Assembly: GCA_965261595.1 (NCBI GenBank) | Contig: CBDHDG010000007.1 | Span: forward strand, 992,001 to 1,056,000 | Origin: a bacterium | GTDB taxonomy: Bacteria; UBA8248; JACPRG01; G963555815 | Length of the DNA stretch: 64,000 bases | Direction: 5' to 3' | Shown here: piece by piece, positions 63,950 through 64,000 of the stretch | Numbering within the stretch: position 1 is the stretch's first letter | Layout: every line of letters starts with the position of its first letter | The notes under the pieces: generated by a model | Databases searched by the model: none | The model's input: the letters and a program-made list of their open reading frames with translations, nothing else | What the model was told of the DNA's origin: nothing | Translations under genes and position numbers: made by a program

Positions 63950-64000
63950 TCACTTCAGCGCGGCCGATCGCTTCACCACCCGGCCCGAGTGGGCGCGAAA
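63950..64000 (-). CDS. rpsS: 30S ribosomal protein S19, C-terminal end (partial)
   Basis: FRAHSGRVVKRSAALK* in the operon position before rplV. Confidence 0.75.
   Translation of the reverse strand, partial: FRAHSGRVVKRSAALK

Noticed and set aside
51656..64000. Ribosomal protein cluster as a source of novelty
   Set aside because: Canonical S10-spc-alpha order; only lineage-type terminal extensions on L5 and L17.

Overview
GC-rich bacterial chromosome segment (taxon not determinable from sequence alone) with housekeeping blocks flanking two accessory regions. (1) 1-6356: a compact phage satellite/mini-prophage at the 3' end of tRNA-Asn (P4-type integrase, AlpA, AAA helicase, terminase large subunit, HNH, start of a probable capsid gene). 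(2) 6551-17841: housekeeping genes (NrnA, NAPRTase, NuoI, TrxB, endonuclease IV, EngB, sirtuin, Ca/Na antiporter, RsmI, two tandem PyrD-like genes, FkbM). (3) About 17875-41872: a heavily rearranged island with IS3, a cargo-carrying IS1595, an adaptation-only type I-E CRISPR-Cas remnant, a type I R-M operon with an Mrr-like gene, IS6, plasmid and phage debris, a mini-Tn3 and a second PICI-like satellite ending in a tRNA-Ser-like att. (4) 42036-51524: TPP riboswitch-thiS-thiG-thiE, metabolic genes and a transposase-less IS1595-like cassette with a HicAB-like pair. (5) 51656-64000: the S10-spc-alpha ribosomal cluster. The most unusual signal is the CRISPR locus. The only leader-adjacent repeat is followed by phage coding DNA instead of a ~32-bp spacer and second repeat. 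The same repeat+phage junction recurs about 12 kb away as a 225-bp inverted copy that continues into about 1.6 kb of phage genes, and the junction falls where an AAG PAM is predicted. Scattered single-base frameshifts, even in housekeeping genes, suggest sequencing indel errors.
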